A DNA stretch of 64,000 nt from NCBI GenBank assembly GCA_043803105.1, contig JAZDKJ010000002.1, positions 32,001-96,000 on the forward strand, in the 5' to 3' direction. This document shows positions 1 through 9,407 of this stretch, piece after piece. The position numbers and the translations under genes are program-made. Each line of letters begins with the position of its first letter. Within the stretch, counting starts at the first letter, position 1. The notes beneath the pieces were generated by a model. That model did not search any database. It was not told the origin of the DNA and saw only the letters and a list, made by a program, of their open reading frames with translations. Source of the stretch: Candidatus Woesearchaeota archaeon (GTDB lineage Archaea > Nanobdellota > Nanobdellia > Woesearchaeales > JAZDKJ01).

Positions 1-205
1 ATTCTGGATATTACCATGTCAGGATGTTCTGGGGGCGACCTACATGTCGTCATAGCTTTTAGAGGGATGGCTGTTTATTAATACATTATGAAGGAGCCTT
101 AGGGAATTGTCTTCCATAAGCTTTAAAAACAAAAATGTGCCAAAATGACCTTTATCGTATACAAACGCATAGCTTTATAAAGTTTTTAGGGACTTTTTCT
201 ATTTT

Positions 206-925
206 ATGGACGTCAAACAGGCTTTGGAGGAGCAACTAAAGACCTTTGTACCACTTAAGTACATCCACTCCAAGGACCCTAAGGTCTATGATAATCAAGA
301 ATACCTGCCTAAGGCTGCTGAAGAAGCAAGGCACATTCTGGCATTCAACCACGCTGTTCTGCTGAAAAGCCCAATTGCCGATGTCAACGTGCTTGTCTAC
401 GATTTCTTGATGGAAAATTTCAAGACAGCCTTTTCCCATATTTATCATTTGCCAGGCATTTCCAACGATTTGAAAAAAGCTTATCAGGTTAATAGTGCAG
501 AACAATTTATTATGACTATTGTAAGGATGCATGATTATGTAACGAACATGTTGCCACCGGTTAATCGCGAAAAAGTGCGAAGAAACATTGAGCACTTCTG
601 CAAGGAAGAGAAAGAGCGCTATGTCAGGAACTTAGATCTGTTTCATATTTCTGTGGTGCAAGGTGCCAATTTCCTGAGTGAACGAGAAGTTTTCCTTAGG
701 TCGATGGCCAATGCTGCATCCCTTAATGATGTAGTGACAGGAATGGAAACCATGATTGATTTCAATAACGCAGGCAATGTTCTTTTCACTTTGAGGCATG
801 ACCCAAGGTATACCAACCTTCTTCAAGTCCTGAGCTACACACCAATAGTCCGTGAAGTCATGGATGGTCTAGATTTCTTGTCTCATTCGAGGAGCGGTCC
901 ACGCGAGACCAGTCCCAGCGCCTGA
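206..925 (+). CDS. hypothetical protein (239 aa)
   Basis: Long ATG ORF directly after TATA-like TTTATAAA; no motif recognised. Confidence 0.7.
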   Translation: MDVKQALEEQLKTFVPLKYIHSKDPKVYDNQEYLPKAAEEARHILAFNHAVLLKSPIADVNVLVYDFLMENFKTAFSHIYHLPGISNDLKKAYQVNSAEQFIMTIVRMHDYVTNMLPPVNREKVRRNIEHFCKEEKERYVRNLDLFHISVVQGANFLSEREVFLRSMANAASLNDVVTGMETMIDFNNAGNVLFTLRHDPRYTNLLQVLSYTPIVREVMDGLDFLSHSRSGPRETSPSA

Positions 926-979
926 AACCGCAATATTTATATCTGCTCTGTCTGTAGCCCTATAAAAAAGAGGTTTGGC

Positions 980-1915
980 ATGCTTGATATATTCTGTCTG
1001 CAGAAGGGCGTCAAAAAGATTGAGTTGAAGGACCTTGGTAAGTTCCGCAATACGCGTCTTTGGATTGACGCGACTGAGATAACCAAGGATGAGGCAGACC
1101 TTCTAAGGGCTGCTTTTCACCTGCATCCGTTGACAAGCGAAGACCTTTACAAGTCTCACATTAGGATAAAGGTTGAAGAATTCCCCACTTACATTGTGTG
1201 TGTCTTCTATGGTATCAGCTCCACTGTCGAGGAGATAGAGTTTGATTTTGTGCTAGGCAAGAATTTTATAATAAGCAACCACAACAGAACAGTTCCCTCT
1301 TTTGAGGTCTTGAAAAAGGACCACCAGCTGTTGGAAACGCTTGCAAAGAAGGGTCCTGATTTTGTTTTCCATAAGCTCCTTGATTCTGAGGTCTCAAATT
1401 TCTTCCCAGTCCTTGACTCGATTGATAACGAGATCGAGGATATAGAGGTGCAGATTACCAAGAAGGCTCAAAGCAAGCTGCTTAACAGGATCTTAAGGAT
1501 AAAACGCATGGTTAACCTCGTGCGAAAGTCCGCGCTTCCACAGCGGGAAAAGATCTCATTTCTTGCCAAGAACGAATATAAGTTTATCTCTTCAGATGCA
1601 GTCCCGTACTTTAGGGACGTCTACGACCTTGCAATAAAAGTCTCTGATTCTATTGACAATTCCCGCGAGATGGTGAGTAATGCCTTCGAGGTTTATATGT
1701 CAGCAGTCTCAAATGAGCTTAATTCTGTGATGAAGGTCTTGAGCGTCATCGGCACTATTGCCCTGCCGTTGGTAGTAATCTCAGGCATCTTTGGGACAAA
1801 CTTCCACAATGTCCCTGGACTTGACCATCCTTACGGCTTTTGGATTATGATCACAGGAATGCTTGTTATGTGTGCCATAATGATAACATACTTCAAGAAA
1901 AAAGGCTGGTTCTAG
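980..1915 (+). CDS. corA: CorA-family Mg2+/Co2+ transporter
   Basis: LHPL motif, N-terminal soluble domain, two C-terminal TM helices, GTN variant of GMN motif (GIFGTNF), YFKKKGWF end; GAGG RBS. Confidence 0.92.
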   Translation: MLDIFCLQKGVKKIELKDLGKFRNTRLWIDATEITKDEADLLRAAFHLHPLTSEDLYKSHIRIKVEEFPTYIVCVFYGISSTVEEIEFDFVLGKNFIISNHNRTVPSFEVLKKDHQLLETLAKKGPDFVFHKLLDSEVSNFFPVLDSIDNEIEDIEVQITKKAQSKLLNRILRIKRMVNLVRKSALPQREKISFLAKNEYKFISSDAVPYFRDVYDLAIKVSDSIDNSREMVSNAFEVYMSAVSNELNSVMKVLSVIGTIALPLVVISGIFGTNFHNVPGLDHPYGFWIMITGMLVMCAIMITYFKKKGWF

Positions 1916-2304
1916 TCAAACCTGATTTCCATTTTTGTGACTTCTCGCACAAGGTCCATGTATCCGTCTGCAGTCTTCATGTTCCTTACCCTGTCTACGT
2001 TTAGCCTTAGCTGGTCAAGCCATCGTGCAAGTTTTGCTGTTACTTCATCCTCTTTGTAGATGAAAACGTTCAGCTCCTTTGAGACCATCGCACCTTCGTC
2101 AAACGTCTGGTGTGCAGTCTTTACAGTCTTTCTTATCTCAGCAAATATCCTTCTTGCCAGGCTCTCAGGATAGACCATGCTGTCAGTCTTCACTATTTCC
2201 TTAACTGTATCATTGCTGTACATGATAGAGAGTTCCACCTTGCCGTCCTTCGGCATGAATTTTGATACCTTCACTTTTAAGAGCTTTATATTAACTGATT
2301 TCAT
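1912..2304 (-). CDS. hypothetical protein (130 aa)
   Basis: ATG ORF with protein-like composition, convergent with corA. Confidence 0.7.
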   Translation of the reverse strand: MKSVNIKLLKVKVSKFMPKDGKVELSIMYSNDTVKEIVKTDSMVYPESLARRIFAEIRKTVKTAHQTFDEGAMVSKELNVFIYKEDEVTAKLARWLDQLRLNVDRVRNMKTADGYMDLVREVTKMEIRFD

Positions 2305-2398
2305 AATAAAGCGTCAAAATGGCCGGATATTTAAAGTTTGTCAAAAAGTGCCCAATGTGACAAAAACCTTAATAAATTGTGCGTTCTTCACACTCCCA

Positions 2399-3064
2399 AT
2401 GGCAATTGTACTCATCTGCAGCGACAGGGATGGCACTATTAACAAGGATGAGGACTATTATCTTGGCGCTTCTGAAGATTGGAAAAGCCAGCTGGAGTTC
2501 TTGCCTGGTGTGGTCGATGGCATCAAGCTTCTCAATTCTATTCCAAATTCAAGATTTGTAATTCTGACCAACCAATCAGGTGTTGCGCTAACTGGTCCAG
2601 AATTCGACAATCTCACTGAAGCGCGCCTTGAAGAGGTGAATCAAGAGATTGTACTTAGGTTAAACCAACAAGGTGCGCGTTCTGATGCCTATTTCTCATG
2701 CCCTTTTGTAGACCATAGCTATGTCAAAAAGGCAGTTTCCAAGGGAAGAAAGCTTATTCCAGGGTATATTAATGACAATCATCCTGACTTAAAGCCAAAT
2801 ATTGGGCTTATCAAAAAAGCAGCTAAAAATTTTGGTTATGATTTGGAGGAGATAAAGCACAGGTATATGATCGGTGACAGGCTCAGTGATATTGAGATGG
2901 GTCTTGAAGCTGGTTGCGTATCTATCCTTGTAAGCTCTTACAAAACCAAGCAGTTGGATGACCTTGTCAAAGCCCGTGAGTTGCAGAAGCAACATCCGGA
3001 CAAGGTATCCATTGCAGACGATTTTCTTGAGGCAGCCAAGCTGGTAAAAAAGGGCCTGTACTAG
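2399..3064 (+). CDS. HAD-IIIA phosphatase (GmhB/histidinol-phosphatase-like)
   Basis: DRDGTIN motif I, TNQSG, KPNIG, MIGDRLSD; start moved to ATG 2399. Confidence 0.88.
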   Translation: MAIVLICSDRDGTINKDEDYYLGASEDWKSQLEFLPGVVDGIKLLNSIPNSRFVILTNQSGVALTGPEFDNLTEARLEEVNQEIVLRLNQQGARSDAYFSCPFVDHSYVKKAVSKGRKLIPGYINDNHPDLKPNIGLIKKAAKNFGYDLEEIKHRYMIGDRLSDIEMGLEAGCVSILVSSYKTKQLDDLVKARELQKQHPDKVSIADDFLEAAKLVKKGLY

Positions 3065-3134
3065 ATGGCAGTCTGCGAAACCTTTATAAACAGCCGCTTA
3101 ATCGGCTCCTCTACTATTGTTGAGGGGTTTTACT

Positions 3135-3248
3135 ATGAAAGATGATTTGCCAGAAGACGATGAGCTTCCAGAAGAGGACGTCGAGAAGAAAGACGACGAG
3201 GATCACGAGCCTGACGAAGACGAGGACGAGAAGAAAGAAGAGGAATGA
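3135..3248 (+). CDS. hyper-acidic 37-aa peptide (not in ORF track)
   Basis: MKDDLPEDDELPEEDVEKKDDEDHEPDEDEDEKKEEE; TTTATAAA at 3083-3090 and GAGGGG RBS at 3122-3127. Confidence 0.6.
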   Translation: MKDDLPEDDELPEEDVEKKDDEDHEPDEDEDEKKEEE

Positions 3249-3466
3249 AACTCCTTGTCCTTTTCCAAGTACACTATCTGCTCAAGCCCTTTAAGATATT
3301 CTATCGCTTCCTTTAGCTGTTCTGGCTCGCCATTGAAATAACATCTCAGCTCAGGTATTGGTCTCCATTTAAGTTGTTTCTCAATGACAAATCCCTTTTC
3401 CTCAAGGATTGACTCGAGCTTGTTGTCTATTTGCCTGCATCCTATTATATATAGCTCTGGTTGCAT
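3203..3466 (-). CDS. small protein resembling subtilisin propeptide/inhibitor I9
   Basis: GGAGGT RBS; beta-alpha-beta pattern ending LKGLEQIVYLEKDKEFH, like I9 C-termini; overlaps end of upstream subtilase. Confidence 0.6.
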   Translation of the reverse strand: MQPELYIIGCRQIDNKLESILEEKGFVIEKQLKWRPIPELRCYFNGEPEQLKEAIEYLKGLEQIVYLEKDKEFHSSSFFSSSSSSGS

Positions 3467-5309
3467 TTTTAACCTCCTTGACTAGTTTGTCTGCTCTGAG
3501 CAAGCCTGCTCCATAAATTGCAGCATTATTCGGGTCTTGGCAGTTCCCAAGCCCTTCTGCAGTCTTCTCCAACAGTTCTCTGAACACATCCTGGCCCATG
3601 CTGTGCATCGAGCGTGCCATTGCTGCAGCTCCAGCAAGGTGCGGACTGGCCATCGATGTACCGCTAAGGTTTTCATAACCGCCGGGTATTGATGAGTACA
3701 CCCCCACCCCAGGACAGCTTATCGCATTTGTCTCCCATATGTTGCTGAACTCTGCATGTTCTTTGCTCCGATCCACTGCCGCTACCGCAAGCACGCAATC
3801 GTATGCTGCTGGATAGCTTGGCCCATAACCCTCGTTGCCTGCTGCTGCTGTTATGACTAGCCCTGCCTGCATTGCCTTTAGGAATGCCTCATACTCTATC
3901 TCTGACCTGCTCGGCGACCCTAGGCTTAGGTTTATTACATCAAGCTTGTGGTTTATCGCCCATCCAACAGCCTCCAGTATGCTTGAGAGCCTACCGCTTC
4001 CATTCTCATCCAGCACCCGAAGGCTATAAAGCCTGCACTTGTTCGCTACCCCAGTGTTTTCTCCTGCAGTTATCCCTGCCACATGGGTGCCATGCTTGTT
4101 ATAGTCAAACGGCTCGTCATTGTCTCTGATGAAGTCCCATCCCTTTTCCTTCCCGAAGCGTTGTGCAAGCTCCGCATGAGTATAGTCCACACCTGTGTCT
4201 ATTATTCCAACATTCACATTCGCGCCAGCGCTTGTTTGCTGCGCTTCTATCGCTCCGATGTTTTCAAGGTTCCACATTTCCTCCAAACCTTGTTGTCCTG
4301 CGTATTTCTTGCCTGTAAACTCAGCAATGATTTCCGGTATGTAGATTCCCTTGTTCCAGCACCACCTGCTGCTCTCGAAATGCTTTCTTAGTCGAGGTGA
4401 CATCATCTGCCTGCTTCCAAGCATGTTGTGAAGCCTCTGCAGGTCTCTCTCTTCACCATGCACCACTGCATATCCGGCATGCCTTAATGCCTTTGCTTCG
4501 CATCCTGTCTCTCGTTTCAGGAGCTGTATGGATTCCTCGCCTTCTAAGCTGATTATCATGCTCCTAGCTCCTAGAAGCTTCCTGTCAAGTATTTCCTGCA
4601 GGTCTTCCTTCCTGTAATGCAGTCTTTTCTGGCTTTGTTCAACATCGCCTAAGATGTCCTTTGACCAGAGCATGCCAAAGAAAGAATAGCTTGTTCCAAT
4701 GAATGAGTCAATTATCTCTTGCGTCTGTTCCCGTAACTTAAATACGTCGTATTCGTGCTTTGCTATCTTGGCTGCATTACTTAATACCTCTTTGATTGAG
4801 TAATGCTTTGGGCTCTGCTCAAGTCTATTCGCAAGGTTTGTGATGAGCACATTGTACACCCTGTTGTTGAAATCCAGCCTCTTGTCATCATCCTTGTACT
4901 CTTCATTTCTGGCCTTGATGTCTGTTCCTGGTGCAAAGAGCACCTTTGATCCTTTTGCACTGCAAAGCCCGAATTGTGCCTTGCCTGCTGCGCATTTGGA
5001 GTATAGTTCGCTTACCAGATCGCCTAACTCAGTTTTTCCAGAGCCTTCAACTTTTATGAGTTGGTTGTTTTCTATTTTGTATAATCTGTTCTTCTCTGCC
5101 ACGAATGTTGTTGAACTTGCTGGGAGCTCGGTTATTAGCCCAGCTATCTGCTTTGTATCCATGCCCTTGAGCTTCTCGAGAATTCTAAGGAACTCAGTGT
5201 CTGAAAAACCGATTACTGAGTTGCCAATCCTGTAGAGATGTTGTGCACTTGCATCAGGCACATAGATGCAGGCACCCTTGTCAGACACTGCTGCATAGAC
5301 CTTAGCCAT
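3402..5309 (-). CDS. S8 subtilisin-like serine protease with long N-terminal extension
   Basis: Triad IIDTG / HGTHVAG / GTSMAS, oxyanion AAGN; no signal peptide. Confidence 0.93.
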   Translation of the reverse strand: MAKVYAAVSDKGACIYVPDASAQHLYRIGNSVIGFSDTEFLRILEKLKGMDTKQIAGLITELPASSTTFVAEKNRLYKIENNQLIKVEGSGKTELGDLVSELYSKCAAGKAQFGLCSAKGSKVLFAPGTDIKARNEEYKDDDKRLDFNNRVYNVLITNLANRLEQSPKHYSIKEVLSNAAKIAKHEYDVFKLREQTQEIIDSFIGTSYSFFGMLWSKDILGDVEQSQKRLHYRKEDLQEILDRKLLGARSMIISLEGEESIQLLKRETGCEAKALRHAGYAVVHGEERDLQRLHNMLGSRQMMSPRLRKHFESSRWCWNKGIYIPEIIAEFTGKKYAGQQGLEEMWNLENIGAIEAQQTSAGANVNVGIIDTGVDYTHAELAQRFGKEKGWDFIRDNDEPFDYNKHGTHVAGITAGENTGVANKCRLYSLRVLDENGSGRLSSILEAVGWAINHKLDVINLSLGSPSRSEIEYEAFLKAMQAGLVITAAAGNEGYGPSYPAAYDCVLAVAAVDRSKEHAEFSNIWETNAISCPGVGVYSSIPGGYENLSGTSMASPHLAGAAAMARSMHSMGQDVFRELLEKTAEGLGNCQDPNNAAIYGAGLLRADKLVKEVKNATRAIYNRMQANRQQARVNP

Positions 5310-5444
5310 GAAAAACTATTTGTTTCACAGCAATTTATGAGCTACGTCGAGAAATCGGAAAATTTTCCAATGATTTTGCAAAAAACAGGCACTTGCCCAT
5401 AAAATAAAAACATTCAAAATACTATTGGTTCATATTTGATGCAT

Positions 5445-5597
5445 ATGGTTCAAAATAGAAACAATTTAGAATTGGAAATCGTTTTAGTTTTGTTAATGAA
5501 CAGGTCACATCTAAGAGAGATAGCTAGAATTCTCAATCAATCCCTCTCTACAGTCCTTAGAAAAATACTCAAACTGTTAAAAGATAAAAGACAATAA
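5445..5597 (+). pseudogene. truncated winged-HTH ORF (50 aa), probable remnant of an HTH-nucleotidyltransferase gene
   Basis: MVQNRNNLELEIVLVLLMNRSHLREIARILNQSLSTVLRKILKLL has HTH pattern and stops just after the recognition helix; AT-rich. Confidence 0.5.
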
Positions 5598-5623
5598 GAT
5601 AATAAGAATTTAAAAAAAAGAAA

Positions 5624-6916
5624 TTACTGGAAAGCCCCAGTAACAAACTCTGGCAGCCTGTTGACATCGATTACATTCACTATCACATCTTGCGTGACAG
5701 TGTTAATCCCATCTGTTGCTGTTATTGTCACAGTGTGTGTTCCAGCATCGTCAAAGGTTGTCTTCTTGGTGTTTGAGGTCATCCATCCGCTATAGCTGAC
5801 CTGTACCTTGTCTCCATCCGGGTCTGTTACTATAGGTTCAAGTGTCGCTGTTGAATCTTCTTTCACTGTTAATTCTGGTAGGATCTCTATCACCGGCGCC
5901 TTATTTGCGCTCTTTATCGTTATTGTGAAACTCCTTATGTTTGTCATGTTTCCGTCAGAGGCAGTAACTTCCTCCCGGAATATTCCTGCATCACCTACCT
6001 CTGTCTGCCAGGTGCCATCCTCTGCCAAGGGCTTGCTGAAACTTACTTGAAGCTTATCCCCGTCAGGATCTGTTATTGTTGGCTCGATTATTATCTTGTC
6101 TCCCTCAGTAGCTGTTACGTCTGCTAGAGGTGCGATTACAGGAGCCCTGTTCACATTCTCCACTATTACCTTAACATCCTTTGATACTGTGTGAGTACCA
6201 TCGCTTGCGGTTAAAGTCACGATATAATTGCCTGAATCATCATAGGTTGTCTGGTATGCATTTGAGGTCATCCATCCGCTGTAACTCACGCTTACATTGT
6301 CTCCGTCAGGATCTTGTACAATCGGTGAGAGACTAACAATGTGGCCCTCCTTTACTGTAATCGCGGAATCTAGCTGTATAATTGGTGCGCTGTTTGAGCT
6401 CTCTACCGCGATAAGAACGTCTTGTGAGACAGTGTTTGTTCCATCAGAAGCAGTTATCGTCACCTTGTAATCTCCTGCATCTCCCTTGGCTGTCTGCCAT
6501 TGTCCTTGCGAATTAAGTGGTGCTGTAAATGTGTAGCTTATCTTGTCACCATCTGGGTCGACTGCCTGAAGGTTCGGGAAGCTCACAAGTTCTCCCTCTT
6601 TTACCACCTTTCTCGGCAGTTCCTGCACACCAGTGATGGGGGCTACTACCTCACCTGTCACAGGCGGAACCTCAACATTGGTTGGGACCTCTGTTGTTTC
6701 TTGTGATGCCTCTTGGCCAGTAGTCTCAGGCAGAGCCTCTGTTCCTGTTTGGTTTGTCTTTATCTCAGGCAACACGCAAACAGTATTGCCGTTGATGTCT
6801 AGCATCTTCACAGCTGGAGGAGTGCACTCCGTAGTTGCAGGCACAGTGTACTGGCATCCTGAAATCAATATTCCTACGACCAAAACTAAGCTAAGAAGTA
6901 AATATTTTACACCCAT
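5624..6916 (-). CDS. putative lipoprotein with four cadherin/Ig-like repeats
   Basis: Signal ending LISGC, Thr/Glu/Pro linker, four DPDGD-containing repeats in ABAB arrangement; GAGGTG RBS before ATG 6916. Confidence 0.85.
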   Translation of the reverse strand: MGVKYLLLSLVLVVGILISGCQYTVPATTECTPPAVKMLDINGNTVCVLPEIKTNQTGTEALPETTGQEASQETTEVPTNVEVPPVTGEVVAPITGVQELPRKVVKEGELVSFPNLQAVDPDGDKISYTFTAPLNSQGQWQTAKGDAGDYKVTITASDGTNTVSQDVLIAVESSNSAPIIQLDSAITVKEGHIVSLSPIVQDPDGDNVSVSYSGWMTSNAYQTTYDDSGNYIVTLTASDGTHTVSKDVKVIVENVNRAPVIAPLADVTATEGDKIIIEPTITDPDGDKLQVSFSKPLAEDGTWQTEVGDAGIFREEVTASDGNMTNIRSFTITIKSANKAPVIEILPELTVKEDSTATLEPIVTDPDGDKVQVSYSGWMTSNTKKTTFDDAGTHTVTITATDGINTVTQDVIVNVIDVNRLPEFVTGAFQ

Positions 6917-7062
6917 CTTTTTCCACCTCAATGATACTCAATATTTGTTGCTATTACCACATATATACCCATTATATAAACTTTTAGGTAGTCAAAAATA
7001 TACTATGGCATATACTCTTGTTTTCACCAAAGCTTTAAAAAAATTCCCTGATTTTCCTCTCC

Positions 7063-8577
7063 ATGAAGGCTGACCTCTATGATAGGCAAAGGGAGTACTT
7101 CTTCTCATTCCTTGCAAGGACTGACCAGAAGGACAACACCATACAGCACCTTAAAGAAAAGATTGGAACTTATACGCCCGAAACCATGAAGGCAATAAGT
7201 GAAGGAAAAAGGGTGCGCTTCTTTGACATCGGGCCTGCGACAGGAAGGGTCACAATCCCTTTCGTCGACTCGCTTAGAAGTGATGTTGAGTTGGTGATTG
7301 AGGAGCCTAGCCTCGGCATGGCAGTAAGCTTCTTTTTGAATTACCTTACCTATGCGCTGCCGTACGAAAACTTTCACCTGAAGCATGATGGCAAACTTGC
7401 GTTTAATCAAGAGAAAAATGACTTTGTCTTGTCAAGCCATTCAATGTATTACCTGCCTGATTGGAAGAAAGCAGTCTCAGACCTATATGGTTCTCTGGTT
7501 CCGGGTGGCGCCCTCTGTATTATTGTAAGCTCAGATGACAGCAACCTAACTGCCATAAGGAAAAAATATTTTCCGAAGATTCATTCTAGCTCAGCATACT
7601 CCAATACCGATCTTGAAAGGATTCTTGGCAACCTAAGCCTAGATTATGACAGCTTCGATATCTGCTCAAGAATAGACTTTGCTGACCAGATTCCGAATCC
7701 TGCGACACACCTGAGAAAGGAAGGCATCTACAAACCATCTGTTGACTCGCTATGGTCTTTTTTGTTGTGGACTGATTATTCGGGGCTAAGCGACGAGCTG
7801 AAGAAACACCTTAATTCTTTTGTGAAGGACAGGCTTGACCAGGACCGCTGGCTGCAGATTAAAGACACAGCCTATTGGATAAGAAAGCCTGGCTCATCAG
7901 AGCATCAGTTTGCCAGTAGCCAAGCGAATCGAAAGATGACTCTTGAGGATGTGCTAAAGGTCTTTAGGCCGCAACTCGAAAAATATTTTGGTCCTGATGT
8001 TGCACTCATGAGCAATGGCTTGAAGGAGGCGTATTACACAGTACTTGCCTTTGATTGCGTGCTTACACACCCTTTGACAAAAGTAACCATAATGGAAGAG
8101 TATAATTCAACCATTGATGACAATGAGGGTTACCCTTCTCCGTTAGAGGGAAAACAGATGAGGGATTTTGTTGTTTTTGATCCTTGCCTGCGTATGACTA
8201 AGTTGTCTGAATGGCCAACTTATCTTGACCAGCACTACCTGTTCTGGCATGGAAAGAGCTTTGATACCACTCTGTATTTGCTGGATCATATCGCACAGGA
8301 ATTTCAGTTCCTGAAGGAAGAAGACAAGGTAGGTCTAAATGGCAAGGAGTTCCTAAGGTTTATCTTGAATCTTGTTGACAAGCATTTGCCTGGCAGGGTT
8401 TTCTCAAACAGGTATGATGGCTCCACGCATCTCACCGACTTCTTGCATAGCCCTATGCTATCACAGACTGCCTTGCGCGTGCCTGAGACTCTTACCCCAG
8501 AATTGATTTCGTTGTATGATGGCGCAGGGCTCACACTTCCCGAGCCATCTCCCAGAGAAGCTCAAAATATTTTCTGA
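7063..8577 (+). CDS. class I SAM-dependent methyltransferase with unknown C-terminal domain
   Basis: FFDIGPATG motif I, DFVLSSHSMYY, LVPGG. Confidence 0.8.
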   Translation: MKADLYDRQREYFFSFLARTDQKDNTIQHLKEKIGTYTPETMKAISEGKRVRFFDIGPATGRVTIPFVDSLRSDVELVIEEPSLGMAVSFFLNYLTYALPYENFHLKHDGKLAFNQEKNDFVLSSHSMYYLPDWKKAVSDLYGSLVPGGALCIIVSSDDSNLTAIRKKYFPKIHSSSAYSNTDLERILGNLSLDYDSFDICSRIDFADQIPNPATHLRKEGIYKPSVDSLWSFLLWTDYSGLSDELKKHLNSFVKDRLDQDRWLQIKDTAYWIRKPGSSEHQFASSQANRKMTLEDVLKVFRPQLEKYFGPDVALMSNGLKEAYYTVLAFDCVLTHPLTKVTIMEEYNSTIDDNEGYPSPLEGKQMRDFVVFDPCLRMTKLSEWPTYLDQHYLFWHGKSFDTTLYLLDHIAQEFQFLKEEDKVGLNGKEFLRFILNLVDKHLPGRVFSNRYDGSTHLTDFLHSPMLSQTALRVPETLTPELISLYDGAGLTLPEPSPREAQNIF

Positions 8578-9268
8578 ATGACGCTGCAACGTTTCTATCT
8601 TCTATCAATATGGCTATTGGGTTGTCAGAGAATATCAGCATCCCGACCTTGTCTGCATACACGTTTAAGGCTAGCGGGCTGTCAAATTCCTTTTGTATAA
8701 ATCTCACTTGCGTATAGGGTAATTTCGAAAGAAAACCTGCGCGTTTTGTTTCCTTTTCATTCAGGATAATCCTGTCTTTAAGCCTTGTCCGCACCCTCTT
8801 TTCATGAAACCATGACAAATAAGTCTTTATGAATCGAATCCTTGTCGTGCTGTAGCAAATGTTCGGCCTGTTGGTCTTCAGGATGTCGTTGAGTACTGTG
8901 ATCAGGCCATTCCTGCCTTCAAAGACAGTAACCCTTTGCTTTTCCTTTGTGGTTCTCTGCGTAAGGAGAAGTGAAGGAAGGATCTTCTTCAACTCCTCTT
9001 CCCTGCAGCGAAGGTCCTCATGCTCTTTCTCTATTAAGGCAAGGAAATGCCTCGGGTTTGTTGCCTGAAAGAATTTCTTGTTTGATTTTGTTACATACCC
9101 GACCAGTCCTTTCTTTATCAGCCTTTCTATAGAGTCATAGACATTTCTCCTGTGAATTCCGGTCTTTGTTGTTATCTCTCCTGCAAGCGAGCTTCCGTAA
9201 GCTAAAAGCGTCTTGTAGACCTTTATCTCATTATCAGTTAATCCAAACCTTCGTAACAGCTCGTCCAT
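8531..9268 (-). CDS. TrmB-family transcriptional regulator
   Basis: GLTDNEIKVY...IHRRNVYDSIERLIKKGLV HTH, VFEG motif, C-terminal effector domain. Confidence 0.9.
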   Translation of the reverse strand: MDELLRRFGLTDNEIKVYKTLLAYGSSLAGEITTKTGIHRRNVYDSIERLIKKGLVGYVTKSNKKFFQATNPRHFLALIEKEHEDLRCREEELKKILPSLLLTQRTTKEKQRVTVFEGRNGLITVLNDILKTNRPNICYSTTRIRFIKTYLSWFHEKRVRTRLKDRIILNEKETKRAGFLSKLPYTQVRFIQKEFDSPLALNVYADKVGMLIFSDNPIAILIEDRNVAASFRKYFELLWEMAREV

Positions 9269-9271
9269 GCT

Positions 9272-9329
9272 TTTTGTGGTGTAACTTTTGCGTATTTATT
9301 GATTATGGTGATTCAATATCACCACAAAA
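9272..9329. promoter_or_regulatory. inverted repeats, probable TrmB operator between trmB and pyrF
   Basis: TGGTGAT-N5-ATCACCA (9306-9324); outer TTTTGTGGTG (9272-9281) / CACCACAAAA (9320-9329). Confidence 0.55.
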
Positions 9330-9407
9330 GTATATTAAACACTTGCCCTGTAACCATTTGAAAATAGAAAAAAATAAATTTTGAAAGAAGTGGGGAGGTA
9401 TTTGGAA

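Noticed and set aside
1-52. Possible 5' end of a minus-strand gene (MTTCRSPPEHPDMVISR)
   Set aside because: Too short at the window edge to support
2177-2398. N-terminal extension of the HAD ORF; similar extensions on dus, eif2g, hicB and the DHDPS-family ORF
   Set aside because: They overlap divergent genes or promoters; family motifs begin at downstream ATGs
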